Source: Heterodontus francisci (taxonomy: Eukaryota). From it: a stretch of DNA of 64,000 nucleotides. The translations under genes were made by a program, and so were the position numbers. The stretch is from assembly GCF_036365525.1 (NCBI RefSeq), contig NC_090412.1, positions 19,505,923 through 19,569,922 on the forward strand, written 5' to 3'. The notes beneath the pieces are model-generated. The model saw only the letters and a program-made list of their open reading frames with translations, was not told where the DNA came from and did no database searches. This document shows, one piece after another, positions 38,505-50,655 of this stretch; within the stretch, counting starts at the first letter, position 1; every line of letters starts with the position of its first letter.

Positions 38505-41500
38505 TTGACCCACAGACAAATGAGGAAATTGGAAGCGGGAAGTCAAATTGATCCCAAACAGATAGAGAAAAGATTTCAATACAGGTTTTCTTGTGGTTGT
38601 GTGTGCTAGAATATTAACATGTCTGCAACTGAAGTTAGTAGCTCCCCAAGCCAGGGTGAAGTAACTTGGGAGGAGGAGTTGAGGAAAATGGCTGAGCAGT
38701 GTGGGATCACTGTACGTGGCAAGGCTAGGAAGTCTGAACTCCTAAGACTAGTGGCCAACCATTTTTCCCTTGAATCTGAAGAAGCAGAAAGAGTTAGAAG
38801 TAGATCCCGACTGAGTATTGCTAGCAAAGCTACAATTGGAACAGAGGAAATTTGAATTAGAAGACAGGGAAAGAGAAAGAGAGAGACAGAGAAAGAGAAA
38901 GAGAGACAGGAGAGAAAGAAAAAAAGAGCCTTCCAGAAGGAACTTGAAGAAACAGAGAGAGGAGAGAGAGAAAGCAAGACAGGAGAAAGAAAAGAGAAGG
39001 ATGAGAGAGAAAGAGAAAGAACCTTCCAGAAAGAATACAAAGAGAGAAAGCTGAGGCGATGTGAATTAACTAGGGGGTGACCAAGTAACCCAAGTGAAAG
39101 CATAGCTAATATGGAGGAGTGTAATTCAGAGCTCGGTACAGAATTGTTAAAACTTTCCCAACTGATCCCAAAATTCAATGAGGGAGATGTAGAAGAATTT
39201 TTTGTGTCTTTTGTGAAACTGGCAAGGCAGTTAAAGTGGCCAGCTGAGGTTTGGACTCTCCTGCTGCAAAGCAAGCTAACTGGAAAAGCCCATGAGGTTT
39301 ATTCCCTGTTGCCAGATGAGAGTTCATCAAATTATGAACTGACAAAAATGCTATCCTCGGGGCATATGAGTTAGTACCAGAAGCCGATTGTCAAAGGTTT
39401 AGAGCCCTCAAGAAGCAAGTTGATCAAACTTACCTGGAGTTTGAGAGAAATAAACAGCTGGCTTTTGACCAGTGGCTGAGGGTTCTTAAAGTACAGCTTA
39501 GCTATGAAAATCTCAGAGAAGTACTTTTGCTCGAGGAATTTAAAAACTCTCTCCCACTCACCATAAAGACACATGTTAGAGGAACAGAAGGTTCATAGAG
39601 CCCGGCAAGCCGCAGTGTTGGCTGATGAGTTTGCTCTCATTTATAAGTTGGTTTCCCAGGGGATAACCTTTCCTAATCGCTCCCACGAATCCGAAAAGGA
39701 CAAAGGGTGGGAAGTTGATAGAAGCCCAAGAAGTCATGGGAGGGAAAGAAAAGCAGGAGACACAGGGGGCCCTTCTCCAGCCACAAAGGAAGGTGCTGTA
39801 GGTAGGAGTGAGACCCAGAGACCTGTGTGCTTCCATTGTAATAAAGCAGGGCATTTAAGAACTGACTGCTGGAAACTAAAAGGAAAACCTGTAGGGTTAA
39901 TCAGGGCACACCCGCTCAGTGACAGAGAAGGAACCCTGATGGAAAGCACAGCAGAACAAGCTGTGGCTTTAACTGCAGTAAGAGTGAGACCCAGGAAGCA
40001 TACGACTGCACGTGTAGGAAAATCTAACAGGATTCCTGAAGGTTATCAGGATTTTGTGTCTGAAGGGAGAATAACCCCATACCCCTTGAATGGGGCAAGC
40101 AAGCCCATAGAATTCTCAGGGACACAGGGGCCTCTAGATCCCTTCTACTGGGAAAAGGCCAGACCTTTCCCCAGAGAGTGCAGTTAAACACCAGAATGGT
40201 GGTGAATGGTATTGGAGGGCAGTGTACGCCTGTACCTTTACACCAGGTGCACCTTGGAGTGCGACCTAGTTTCGGGACTGGCGACCATAGGGATTGTCCC
40301 TAGTTTGCCTGTGGATGGGGTTGACCTGCTCCTAGGTAATGATCTGGCAGAGACGAAGGTGGTAGCTTCCGCAGTAGAGAAAGAGAGACTGCAGGAGGTC
40401 AGAGAAACAGCAGTGGCAGGAGACAGACACCTGCAGTTTCCCTGAATGTATAGTGAATCAGGCCATGATCAAACCAGCTCCCCCAGAGGAGATTGAATTG
40501 ACACTGCAGATGACCATGAGGTCTGTCTATTTGATACTTTCTTTGGAAAGTTAGAAGACCCAGGAAATAAGTTAAATGGATCTTCCCTAGCTGAGGCTCA
40601 GCGAGCTGACCCAGTATTGAGAGAGTTAGCACAGGCTGCCCAGTCTGAAGGCGAAGCAGAGGGAGTCCCTGATTGCTACTATTTAAAGAATGAGATACTG
40701 ATGAGGAAATGGAGATCTCCTCACAGACCTGAGAGCAAGGAGTGGACAGTGGTTCATCAGTTAGTGGTGCCACTAACTGGAGAGTTACTGGAGAGAAATA
40801 TTAAGAATGGCCATTGAGATTACAATGGCTGTAGATGTCGGTATACGAAAAACAAAAGCTTGCATAAGACAGCAGTTTGACTGGCCAAAACTCAACAAAG
40901 ATGTGGTGGAGTACTGCAGGAGTTGCCACATGTGCCAGGTTGAGGGGAAACCCCAACCTACAGTGAAATCTGCACCCCTAAGTCCTGTATCGGTGTTTGA
41001 AGGGCTAGTGAACTGTAAGGGATCCCTGCCGAGAACAAAAGAGGACTGGCAGGCACAAGACTGGCAAAAGGTTAGAAAAGAAAGGGGAAAAAGGGACCAA
41101 GAGGGTAGGTTAAAGGAAGTCCGGGAAGAATCCCAAATGGAAACCCCTGCTGTCCGGTCAGCCAACCCCGAGATATTTGAAAAGTTAGACCCCACATCCT
41201 CCTATGTAAATGTAGACACTAGAAGGACCCCACCAGAGTGGCCATCAGCATTTGCAGCAACCTGCAGAGACAAAGAGGCCAGAGAATCCATCAGGGTGAT
41301 GCCTCACCTAGTCAAAGTGCCACAGGGGACAGCAGTAGAATCTGGGCAAATTCTTGCAGTCAGGAGTGTCCCAGAGGACAAAGGGAAGATTAGCAAAGAA
41401 TTCCCTCCCATAGTCAGGAATAAAGGGAACCAGCCATCCCCTAAGGTGAAAAGCCCTTGCATGACTCATCAAAGTACTGAAAGAGTTCAGAGTGGAACAG

Positions 41501-42958
41501 CCCACTGCCACCACTCCTGAGCAGAACTCCAACCTAGGGCTAATTAAATCTGACCCTCCCCCTGAAAATCTTCAACAAGAACAAAGACACCCTAGGCAGT
41601 CATGGAAATGTGCAAACTGAAAAACTTCCCCAAAAACCACTTGTTTATTGGGATGCCAAAAAGGGCAGTTTAAAGCAGCACTGCTACCAAGAAAAGACAG
41701 GCTGCAACAACTATTAGGATTTCTGAATGAATGAGAGAGATGCATATGTGTTTCCCTGTACTTGGCTTCTCTTCAGTCCCTTTTAATGAAATGCTCTTTT
41801 AAAAATAAAATCATATTTCATTCCACTGGGTGTGGAGGTGTCATGAAGACCCCCACCTGTCAAGAATGAGGCATACTAATTTTGTCATGTGAACATTAAT
41901 TTTAAACTAAAGTAAAAGCAAAATACTGCAGATGCTGGAAATCTGAAATAAAAACAAGAAATGCTGGAAATACTCAGCAGGTCTGGCAGCATCTGTGGAG
42001 AGAGAAACAGAGTTAATGTTTCAGGTCAGTGACCCTTCATCAGAACTGTTGAGTTGTATATTAATTTTAAACTGTTGCTGAAGTGAAGAAATGACTCGTT
42101 TTACAAGAGATCGCCAGACACTTGGCTGGAGCGCATTTGCATACTAAAAGAAAGTGCTTCAGAGACAAAACAATTGCTCACTGATTCAATTAACAGAGAT
42201 TGGGCTGGGCAATGGTGATCCACATTTTGTCGGGGTGGGAGATAGCACTACACCTGCAACCCCCCCCCCCCCCCCCCCCCCCCCACCCACACACTGAGAG
42301 CTTTGGAATTCACAAATGCAGGGGTGGTTAAGCCAGCTGGTCACCTGACTAACCGGCTGGTCCAGGCTTTTTCAACTAGACACAGGACAGTTTTGGTTCA
42401 GACTGCAGATTGTAATTGAACCTGGAACAAGAAAGCCTGTCTCCTGGCTGGCTCTCTTTCACATTCTCACAAGCCTCCAGACCCACTGAAGCCGCTTAAG
42501 CCTCAAGAGAGAAAAGACTCCGACATTGAAAGAAGTTAAAGCGTGTACTGGGCCCCAACGAACCGCAAGACTTACCAGCAGCCAAACACTCCACATTGAA
42601 CTCAAAGGACCGTAAATAACTACCAGATATTGCCTCAAACTTTTCCCCTTTACTCTTTCTACTTTTTTTGTCTCTATCTGTGTGTGTTTATTGCGTATGC
42701 ATGCTAGCGTGGTCGCATCGCGTATTTGTAGTCATTAACCAGATTAGAGTTTAAGATTAATAAACCTCCACCTTTCATGTTTAAATCTAAGAAAACCTGT
42801 CTGATTTGATTTGTTTGCCTTGCAATTGGAAGGCTGTGAACAAGGATTCACCTAGGGGGAGCTAAAACACGGTGTTTTAAAAATTAAACTCTGTTACAGT
42901 TAAACCAGGCAAAGGCTGAGAGGGAACCCCTAGGCCCCCATCTCACCTGATCGTAACA
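38505..42958 (+). mobile_element. Degenerate, internally deleted Gmr1-like Ty3/Gypsy LTR retrotransposon in RBP3 intron 2
   Basis: Frameshifted gag (PKFNEGDVEEFF..WP..W..LLQSKLTGKA; SCAN-like AYELVPEA..QRFR..LLLEEFKNSLP), CCHC knuckle CFHCNKAGHLRTDC, protease ILRDTGAS near 40112, then integrase Zn-binding region (WPKLNKDVVEYCRSCHMCQ); no RT seen; purine-rich tract then LTR TGTCATGA(41839)...TCGTAACA(42958); 5' boundary approximate. Confidence 0.85.
41909..42059 (-). mobile_element. Penelope-like terminal fragment inserted in the LTR, with 14-bp TSD
   Basis: ATTAATTTTAAACT at 41895-41908 and 42060-42073; reverse complement of the repeat at 24275-24478. Confidence 0.7.
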
Positions 42959-43429
42959 TGGTACAGTACTTCCAGAATATTTGCCCATAGGATCTTCAGT
43001 GACCTCCAGTGCAGAAATGCACTGTAATTCATCTTTTCTTCCCTAGGAAATAAATGGAGAGCAGCTGTAGATGTGGGTGCTGTCCACAATTGCCATGGGT
43101 CTAGCTCATACTTAAATAGTGTACAGATGTAAGCCACAGTAATATACTTTGATGATTCATTATGTAACATAAATTTTTAAAATTTCACTTCCTGGCACTG
43201 CTGACAAATTATGTGTTTTGATGCTACAGTTAGTTGTGCATGCAGGCAAATGCACCATTCATAATGACATATGTAGCTTCCTTTCATCAAAAGGGAAACA
43301 TTAATAATGACTAACACTAACAGATATCAGGGGTACTAAATTACAGGGAGATTTTCAAGATGCTCTGACATTCAGCTTTCAATAGTTAACAAGAAACAAA
43401 GGATGATAAAAATACAACAACTGATATAT

Positions 43430-44180
43430 TGACCCTAATTTTGCAGTAGTAATGACAGCAAAACTGTAAGTGCTCGCCATCGTTACTTGACTGAAACAGA
43501 CAGCAAGTTCAGCAGGCCACACAATCACAGAATAATGTGGAAATCCAGAAGTTACTGTAAGTGATTCTATGCTCCTCCAGAAGGTGCGTTGTTGAGGACC
43601 CCCAAAGTGCGATTCCAAAGCAACAGGAGAATTGGTGAAAACTTCCACTTTTACACTGTTAATCTCACTATAAAAACCCTTTAAAAAGTTACACAATGTT
43701 GATTGAGGTTTAAGTGGGTTTCTAATGGCATTCTAAATTCATAATTACTGCTAAACACCCTCAATGGCCCTGAAAAGCTAATTTTATACCTGGGGAATAA
43801 TTTCTCCATTTATTAAAACATTCCACATATTTTTAAAAAAATTAAAGTTTCTTTATGATATTTATTTTCTATCTTAATCCAATCATGATTACATATTTTG
43901 CTATCTGAATACTTAAATTATAAGTGAAGGGATTCAGTGCTTTTAACTTCCTTGTTTGCTGTTTGTGAGAATACCTCAATATATTATTGGCTGGTTACCC
44001 TGCTTGCTGATATCACTGTTGCTGGTCCCCTGGAGATCCCTTTGACTAGGTGCCATATTTAGACTGCTGTTGAGGAAAATGGAAATTCATGCCAGAGATT
44101 GCTAGATTTTTGTGAGCAACTTTCTTCAAGATCAGTGATGAGTCCCACTGCTTTGCCACTGACCGCAAAATACAACCCAT
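43430..44180. mobile_element. Decayed MITE-like element related to 14595-15325
   Basis: Shared internal segment (TAATTAC...GGC.CTGAAAA..TAA); degenerate termini. Confidence 0.4.
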
Positions 44181-45319
44181 TGTAACGGCTGAGCAAAACT
44201 GAATCAAAGCATTTCAGGACATTGGTGATATAGCGAATTAGATATTGGTCTTTAAGTTCTGAGGATCTTAGTTCAAATATAGCCCAGACTGACTGAATGA
44301 AAGTCATCTCTGCAAACTGGCTGTAACAGTCCAATATAGTTTTGCATTAAATTGCCAATTCCATCCAGACATCCTAAGTGATGGCTCGTCTGGGAAGTGG
44401 GAAATGGCAATGTAACAGAAGTGCAATAGAGGGTGTTGCTCCGAATTTGGGACTGCAGTAGGTTGTTTGAGTCACTGACATTAGCATGCTTCGCCTTGGT
44501 GAAAACTGTTGTGCTGGAACTAATGCAGTTTCACATCATTGAGTGTTGTGCAGTCTTTGAACTTTAACAATCAGGTCCAGAGTGCCTGATTATGTTGAAT
44601 TTCATTTTATTATATAACTTTCCAGGAATGGAACCAGTAATTTGGGGATTGTCGCTTTCAATTCTGATTGTTTAAAATTATCTTGCCAACAACATAAAAA
44701 ATAGGAGCGGAAGTAGGCCATTTGACCCTTCGAGCCAGATCTGCCATTTAATAAGATCATGGCTGATCTGATTGTGGCCTTAACTCTACTTTCCTGCCTG
44801 CCCCCCCCCCCACCCCCCCCCATGGAAATCTGAGAGTTTTACTGGTATTTTGAGAATTAAGTTCAACAATACCATCCATTTAACCCTGAAGATTATGAAT
44901 CACTGTCCTCATGTTGCAGTAATAAATCCAAAATCATAATGTGTTATATAATGTTACAAAATAGATCTTATCAAATACATTCAACAGATAGTATGGAGAT
45001 AATAGTATTATAATGTGGTTGTATAAATAGTAACAATGCCAAACCATTACAAGTGCTATTGTACTCAGTGAGATCCTTGAGCAAGATGCAGTTCTTTTAT
45101 GCATCAATAGTGAATGATTTTGATTATTACCAATGTTTAAGGTGAAACTGATGGTTGATGCATTCTGTGACAGGAAGAGCAAATAGGTGTTTCATAATGA
45201 AAGTTGTTTCATAATGAAAATGTTTCCATCATGTCACCTGATCAGAAGGACAGTGCTGCAGGATTGTTTTCTGGCTGATGCATTTGGAAATTACAACCCT
45301 ATTGGGAAAAGCTGTTCCC

Positions 45320-45660
45320 ATTAACTAATGGCACAAGGACTAGAGGACACATTGAAGGTTTTGGGTAAGAGATGCGGTGGGGGGGGGGGGGGGGGGGGGT
45401 TGGTGGGGGGGAATATATGAAGAAGTTTTTTTTACGCAATGGGTGGTAATGGCCTGGAACTCATTGTCTCCACTCCCACCATCCTTGTGGACAATCAGTG
45501 ACTTCCAAAGGAAATTGGATGCCACTTGAAGGGAATGAACCTGCAGGGCTATGGGGATCGAGTGAGGAAGTGGGACTGACTGGATAGCTCCTGGAGAGCC
45601 GGCATGGACTCAATGGACCGAATGGCCTCCATCTGTGCCGTAAATTACTCTATGACTCTA
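45320..45660 (+). mobile_element. CR1 3' end in RBP3 intron 2
   Basis: TTTTACGCAATGGGTGGT..TGGAAC and GGACCGAATGGCCTCC..CTATGACTCTA. Confidence 0.7.
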
Positions 45661-46381
45661 TTGTGGTGTAATATGACAAAAGGCAAATCTATCATGTCTA
45701 ATTAAATTCATTTCTTCCAACTGGAAACATGACAGCTGAGATTTCTACATTAGAATTAAATTCAATTTCAAGTAATTTTATAACTTATTAACACGTTTTG
45801 GATCAAAATCTTTAAAGTATATATTTGAAGAAGTTGGTTAATGATAAATTTTAAAAATTGCAACATACTGGTTACATTTTCCTTCTTTACAAGACGCATT
45901 CGTGTTTTCTGATGATAATTGAAACAAGTCTGCAATTTTTTTTCGAATTTACCGGAGAAAACAAAATTACTTCCTGATTGTAATTTCTAGTCCGTCAAAG
46001 CATTGAGGGGACGGGGGCAAACACTACGATACTCAATATGGTCTGTTGCTGAAAGGCGAACTCAAATCTACATGGTTGAAGCAACGGATTTTGAGCGTAG
46101 ATTCACAAGCTGTCTAGTTTGAAGTCAATCATTTAACTCACTGCGAAACACAAGCCAAGTTGGGGAAGGATCATTCTGATCTTTCATGAGGTTATTGTGT
46201 AAAAGCAGCCTTGACTTTTGAGTAAAATGAGTGACGATTTGAAGAACAGTTGTACATTGGTATCAGATAATTGCTCAGTCCTTCACTATCCGTGTTTAAA
46301 TTATTCTGATTAATATGCTCCGAAAACTCGAATACATTTTTTCCGAGTTTAACTAATTCAAGCACGTTTTATGTGGCATAG

Positions 46382-46524
46382 GTACAACATTGGAGGACCT
46401 ACATCTTCCATCCCAGCCCTTTGTTCCTATTTCTTCGACGATGGGGACCCGGTGCTTCTCGATACCATTTACAGCAGACCTACAGACACAACCTCCGAAC
46501 TATGGACCATTCCTCGAGTAGCTG
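46382..46524 (+). CDS. RBP3: RBP3 exon 3
   Basis: catag|G; encodes [47 protein letters not shown]; donor G|GTAACA; 143 nt; phases match exons 2 and 4. Confidence 0.95.
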
Positions 46525-46600
46525 GTAACACATAAAAGGTGTCATTTGTCTACTAGTTTTTTTGCCATTCTCTCTTGTAATTGCTACTCTTTTTTTTAAG

Positions 46601-46911
46601 GGGTACGATATGGCTCCAAAAGGGAGTTAATTCTCCTCACAAGCAATTTCACTTCAGGGGCAGCGGAGGAATTCGTCTTCGTCATGAAGAGATTGGGAAG
46701 GGCTTTGGTTGTTGGCGAGGTGACGAGCGGCGGGTGCCACCCTCCACAAACCTACCATGTGGACGACACCAACCTGTATCTGACCATCCCGACCGACAGG
46801 TCTTCCAGCCCGGAGGGAGCCTCCTGGGAAGGGACAGGAGTCGCCCCTCACCTGGAAGTACCTGCTGAAACAGCACTGGAGAAAGCCAAGGAAGTTTTGA
46901 GAAGTCACTGA
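46601..46911 (+). CDS. RBP3: RBP3 exon 4 (C-terminus)
   Basis: ttttttaag|GG; encodes [64 protein letters not shown]...LRSH then TGA; full CDS 3645 nt (1214 aa). Confidence 0.95.
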
Positions 46912-47091
46912 CATGGACCTTCCTAATTTGCTCCCGCGTGGTTTCAGCACAGATAGTTAAGTTCAAATATCTCACCATGTCCTTCAAGTAGAATGCACGA
47001 TATTAGGATTAAAGGGTGGAAATGCAATTGTCAGTCGATGGCATACGTAGCGGTCGTCTCACTTTTCAGTTAATACCACCCACTGCGAAAT

Positions 47092-47097
47092 AATAAA
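47092..47097 (+). promoter_or_regulatory. Candidate polyadenylation signal of RBP3
   Basis: AATAAA about 180 nt after the stop codon. Confidence 0.55.
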
Positions 47098-48407
47098 CCA
47101 TTATTATTTCATAACTGTTCTCCAGAAGTTCAAACGTGTTTAATACAAATGTCTGATTTAAAAGAGAGCTTCCCGAATTCGAATGTAGTCTCAGGACATT
47201 ATGGCACAGTTGGATACCCGCATCTTGTCTGCCTTGCTGTAATCCTTTCTAGTTTATCCATCATCTGCTTTCTTATAGCTTGGATGGTTATTCCGATATC
47301 CTCGTTTTCTTTTCAAGGAATATCGTTCAGTGTTTCAGGGAATAGATCACTATAATTTTGAGGACACTTTGTGTGAATCGGCAACGATTAATACCATACC
47401 TTGTTTAAAATTAAAAACAATGTGGAAAATGTTTGCCAATAAGTGTTGATCTGCTGTGCTGTTTTAAGCAATGTCTGGGCTAAAAACAAATCTAATTTCT
47501 ATTGTTCCTGTTAATACAAAACTCAATAATCCTTAAAATAGTGTCTATAGTTACATATATTCTTAATGTGAAATCCAATTATAGAATCTAAGTAACGAAC
47601 TACAACCATAGGTCTCTGAAAAACACATATTGAATCAATATTTAAAGAAAGTAACCTTAACATTAAAGAATTACAGATAGATGAATATGAGTGCACCAAG
47701 ATATTTGCTTTCATCCCCTGAAACTGAAAGTTTGGGAAAGCGTTGGAATAATTGATCCTTCTTGCTCACAAATAAGCTGGCTAACTCTTCTGGCTTTGGT
47801 AAAAGTAACACCTCACTGAGTCATCTAGATCAGAAGATCCGAAGTTGTTCTCAAAGTGATCTGGCTAATTTTAACACGCGGCTTAGCGTTGGCCTAAAAC
47901 TATATTGCATCTGACACGAACTCAAACAGTTCTGCGCCGGACTTCCAGAGGGTCACACCTCAAAGTTGCACTGTGCCCGGGACTCAGGGCAGGACAGTGA
48001 CTGCTGACTGAATGCTGCTATTTTCGTGTCAATGAGCATCACTAGGGCCCTTCACTTAGATGTCAGTGCCGTGTTTGATTCTTCTTAACTAACTATACTG
48101 AAGTAACACGGCATCGTCTGGCGACAGAACCAACATAAAATCTATAATGTTCCACTGTTTGCGAAGTTCGTAAGTAATAGTTAGAAGAAAAGAATAAAAA
48201 CTGTAAAATCAAAACCCATTCATTCCCTTAGCGAACAGATATTTTAAATCTAAATAGTACTCTGTAATTCATAAGAGAAAATTTAGTGCTAGAACCTGGA
48301 ATCAATCGTATAGTTGGCATTTATAGCTACAGTTTTCAATGCATACCTATTTAACATTCAGCCACAGTGTAAATATCGGTCTCAAGTATATTATTGTTTA
48401 ATATCTA

Positions 48408-49171
48408 TTAACTATACAGTAAATGGAAAAGTCCTGGGGAAAATTGATGTACAGAGAGATTTGGGTGTTCAGGTCCATTGTTCCCTGAAGGTGGCAACGC
48501 AGGTCAATAGAGTGGTCAAGAAGGCATACGGCATGCTTTCCTTCATCGGACGGGGTATTGAGTACAAGGGTTGGCAGGTCATGTTACAGTTGTATAAGAC
48601 TTTGGTTCGGCCACATTTGGAATACTGCATGCAGTTCTGGTCGCCACATTACCAAAAGGATGTAGATGCTTTGGAGAGGGTGCAGAGGAGGTTCACCAGG
48701 ATGTTGCCTGGTATGGAAGGCGCTAGCTATGAAGAGAGGTTGAGTAGATTAGGATTATTTTCATTAGAAAGACGGAGGTTGAGGGGGGACCTGATCGAGG
48801 TGTACAAAATCATGAGAGGTATAGACATGGTGGATAGCAAGAAGCTTTTTCCCAGAGTGGGGGATTCAATTACTAGGGGTCACGAGTTCAAAGTGAGAGG
48901 GGAAAAGTTTAGGGGGGATATGCGTGGAAAGTTCTTTACACAGAGGGTGGTGGGTGCCTGGAACGCGTTGCCAGCGGAGGTGGTAGACGCGAGCACGATA
49001 GCGTCTTTTAAGATGTATCTCGACAGATACATAAATGGGCAGGAAGCAAAGAGATACAGACCCTTAGAAAATAGGCGACATGTTTAGATAGAGGATCTGG
49101 ATCGGCGCAGGCTTGGAGGGCCGAAGGGCCTGTTCCTGTGCTGTAATTTTCTTCTTTGTTCTTCTTTGTTC
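48408..49171 (+). mobile_element. 5'-truncated young CR1 LINE (C-terminal ORF2 and 3' tail)
   Basis: Open frame QRDLGVQVH..LYKTLVRPHLEYCMQFWSP..LERVQRRFTRM..FFTQRVV..WNALP; TTCTTTG tail repeats; possible TSD TATCTA. Confidence 0.92.
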
Positions 49172-49624
49172 TATCTAGATAATAAAATGTAAACGTGTTG
49201 TGAATATAATATCCACTGTAATCAAGTTCGTCTTCTTATTTGCAGATGCAAATCTTGCTTTTCTCATTGGTTAAGTAGATTTTCTCCTTCCAAATTTGTT
49301 ATTTTCTGCTTTTGTGATTCACCAATCATATTGCATAAAACCGCTCTAAGAGTTTCTGCCCAATCATATTGCAGCCTGACCAATCAGGCTGCAAGCTCCA
49401 CAGACGTCCTCACCCAAGAGGAGAAGCTTTTAACGAGCGGAGAGAGAAGCTAATGTTAAAGGTCGAGGTCGTTTGTCGCAGATACCGCGTGACTTGCTGA
49501 CTGTTTCCACAGGATTTTCTGGTTTTATTTCTGATTTCAAGCATCCACAGTATTTTGCTTTAGCTTTTAGCAAGTGTTGCCTTAAATGTTGTGGATTGTT
49601 TTGTGTTCCTGGGAATAAAACAGG

Positions 49625-50655
49625 AGGCAGAGGGCGATGGTCGAGGATTATTTTTGCGATTGGAAGCCTGTGACCTGTGGCGTACTGCAGGGTTCGGTGC
49701 TGGGACCCTTGCTGTTTGTAGTGTACATTAATGAATTAGACGTGAATATAGGAGGTATGATCAGTAAATCCGCAGATGACACGAAAATTGGTGATGTCAT
49801 AAATAGTGAGGAGGAAAGCCTTAGATTACAGGATGATATAGATGGGCTGGTAAAATGGGCAGAGCAGTGACAAATGGAATTTAATCCTGAGAAGTGTAAG
49901 GTCATGCATTTTGGGAGGACTAACAAGGCATGGGAATATACAATGGATGGTAGGACCCTAGGAAGTACAGAGGGACCTTGATGTACTTGTCCATAAATCA
50001 CTGAAGGCAGCAGCACAGGTAGATAAGGTGGTTAGGAAGGCATATGGGATACGTGCATTTATTAGCCGAGGCATAGAATATAAGAGCAGGGAGGTTATGA
50101 TGGAGCTGTATAAAACGCGAGTTAGGCCACAGCTGGAGTACTGAGTACAGTTCTGGTCACCACACTATAGGAAGAATGTGATTGCACTGGAGAGGGTGCA
50201 GAGGAGATTCACCAGGATGTTGCCAGGGCTGGAGCATTTCAGCTATGAAGAGAGACTGGGTAGGCTCGGGTTGTTTTCCTTACAGCAGAGAAGGTTGAGG
50301 GGAGACCTGATTGAGGTACACAAAATTATGAGGGGCATAGATTGGAAGAAACTTTTTCCCTTAGTGGAGGTGTCAATAACCAGGCGGCATGGATTTGAGG
50401 TAGGGGCAGAAGGTTTAGAGGGGATTTGAAGGAAGAAAATTCACCCAGAGGGTGGTTGGAATCTGGAATGCGCTGTCTGAAGGGGTAGTAGAGGCAGGAA
50501 CTCTCACAACATTTAAGAAATATTTAGATGAGCACTTGAAATGCCATAGCATACAAGGCTATGGGCCAAGTGCTGGAAAATGGGATTAGAATAGATAGGT
50601 GTTTGATGGCCAGCATAGACACGATGGGCCAAAGGGCCTGTTTCTGAGCTGTCTA
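49625..50655 (+). mobile_element. CR1 LINE 3' portion with RT motifs, disrupted
   Basis: GVLQGSVLGPLLF..YINELD, SADDTKIG, LERVQRRFTRM; stops and frameshifts; CR1 tail. Confidence 0.9.

Noticed and set aside
48314-49087. 257-aa ORF as a host gene
   Set aside because: It is the C-terminal part of CR1 ORF2 from a truncated insertion, extended upstream by chance
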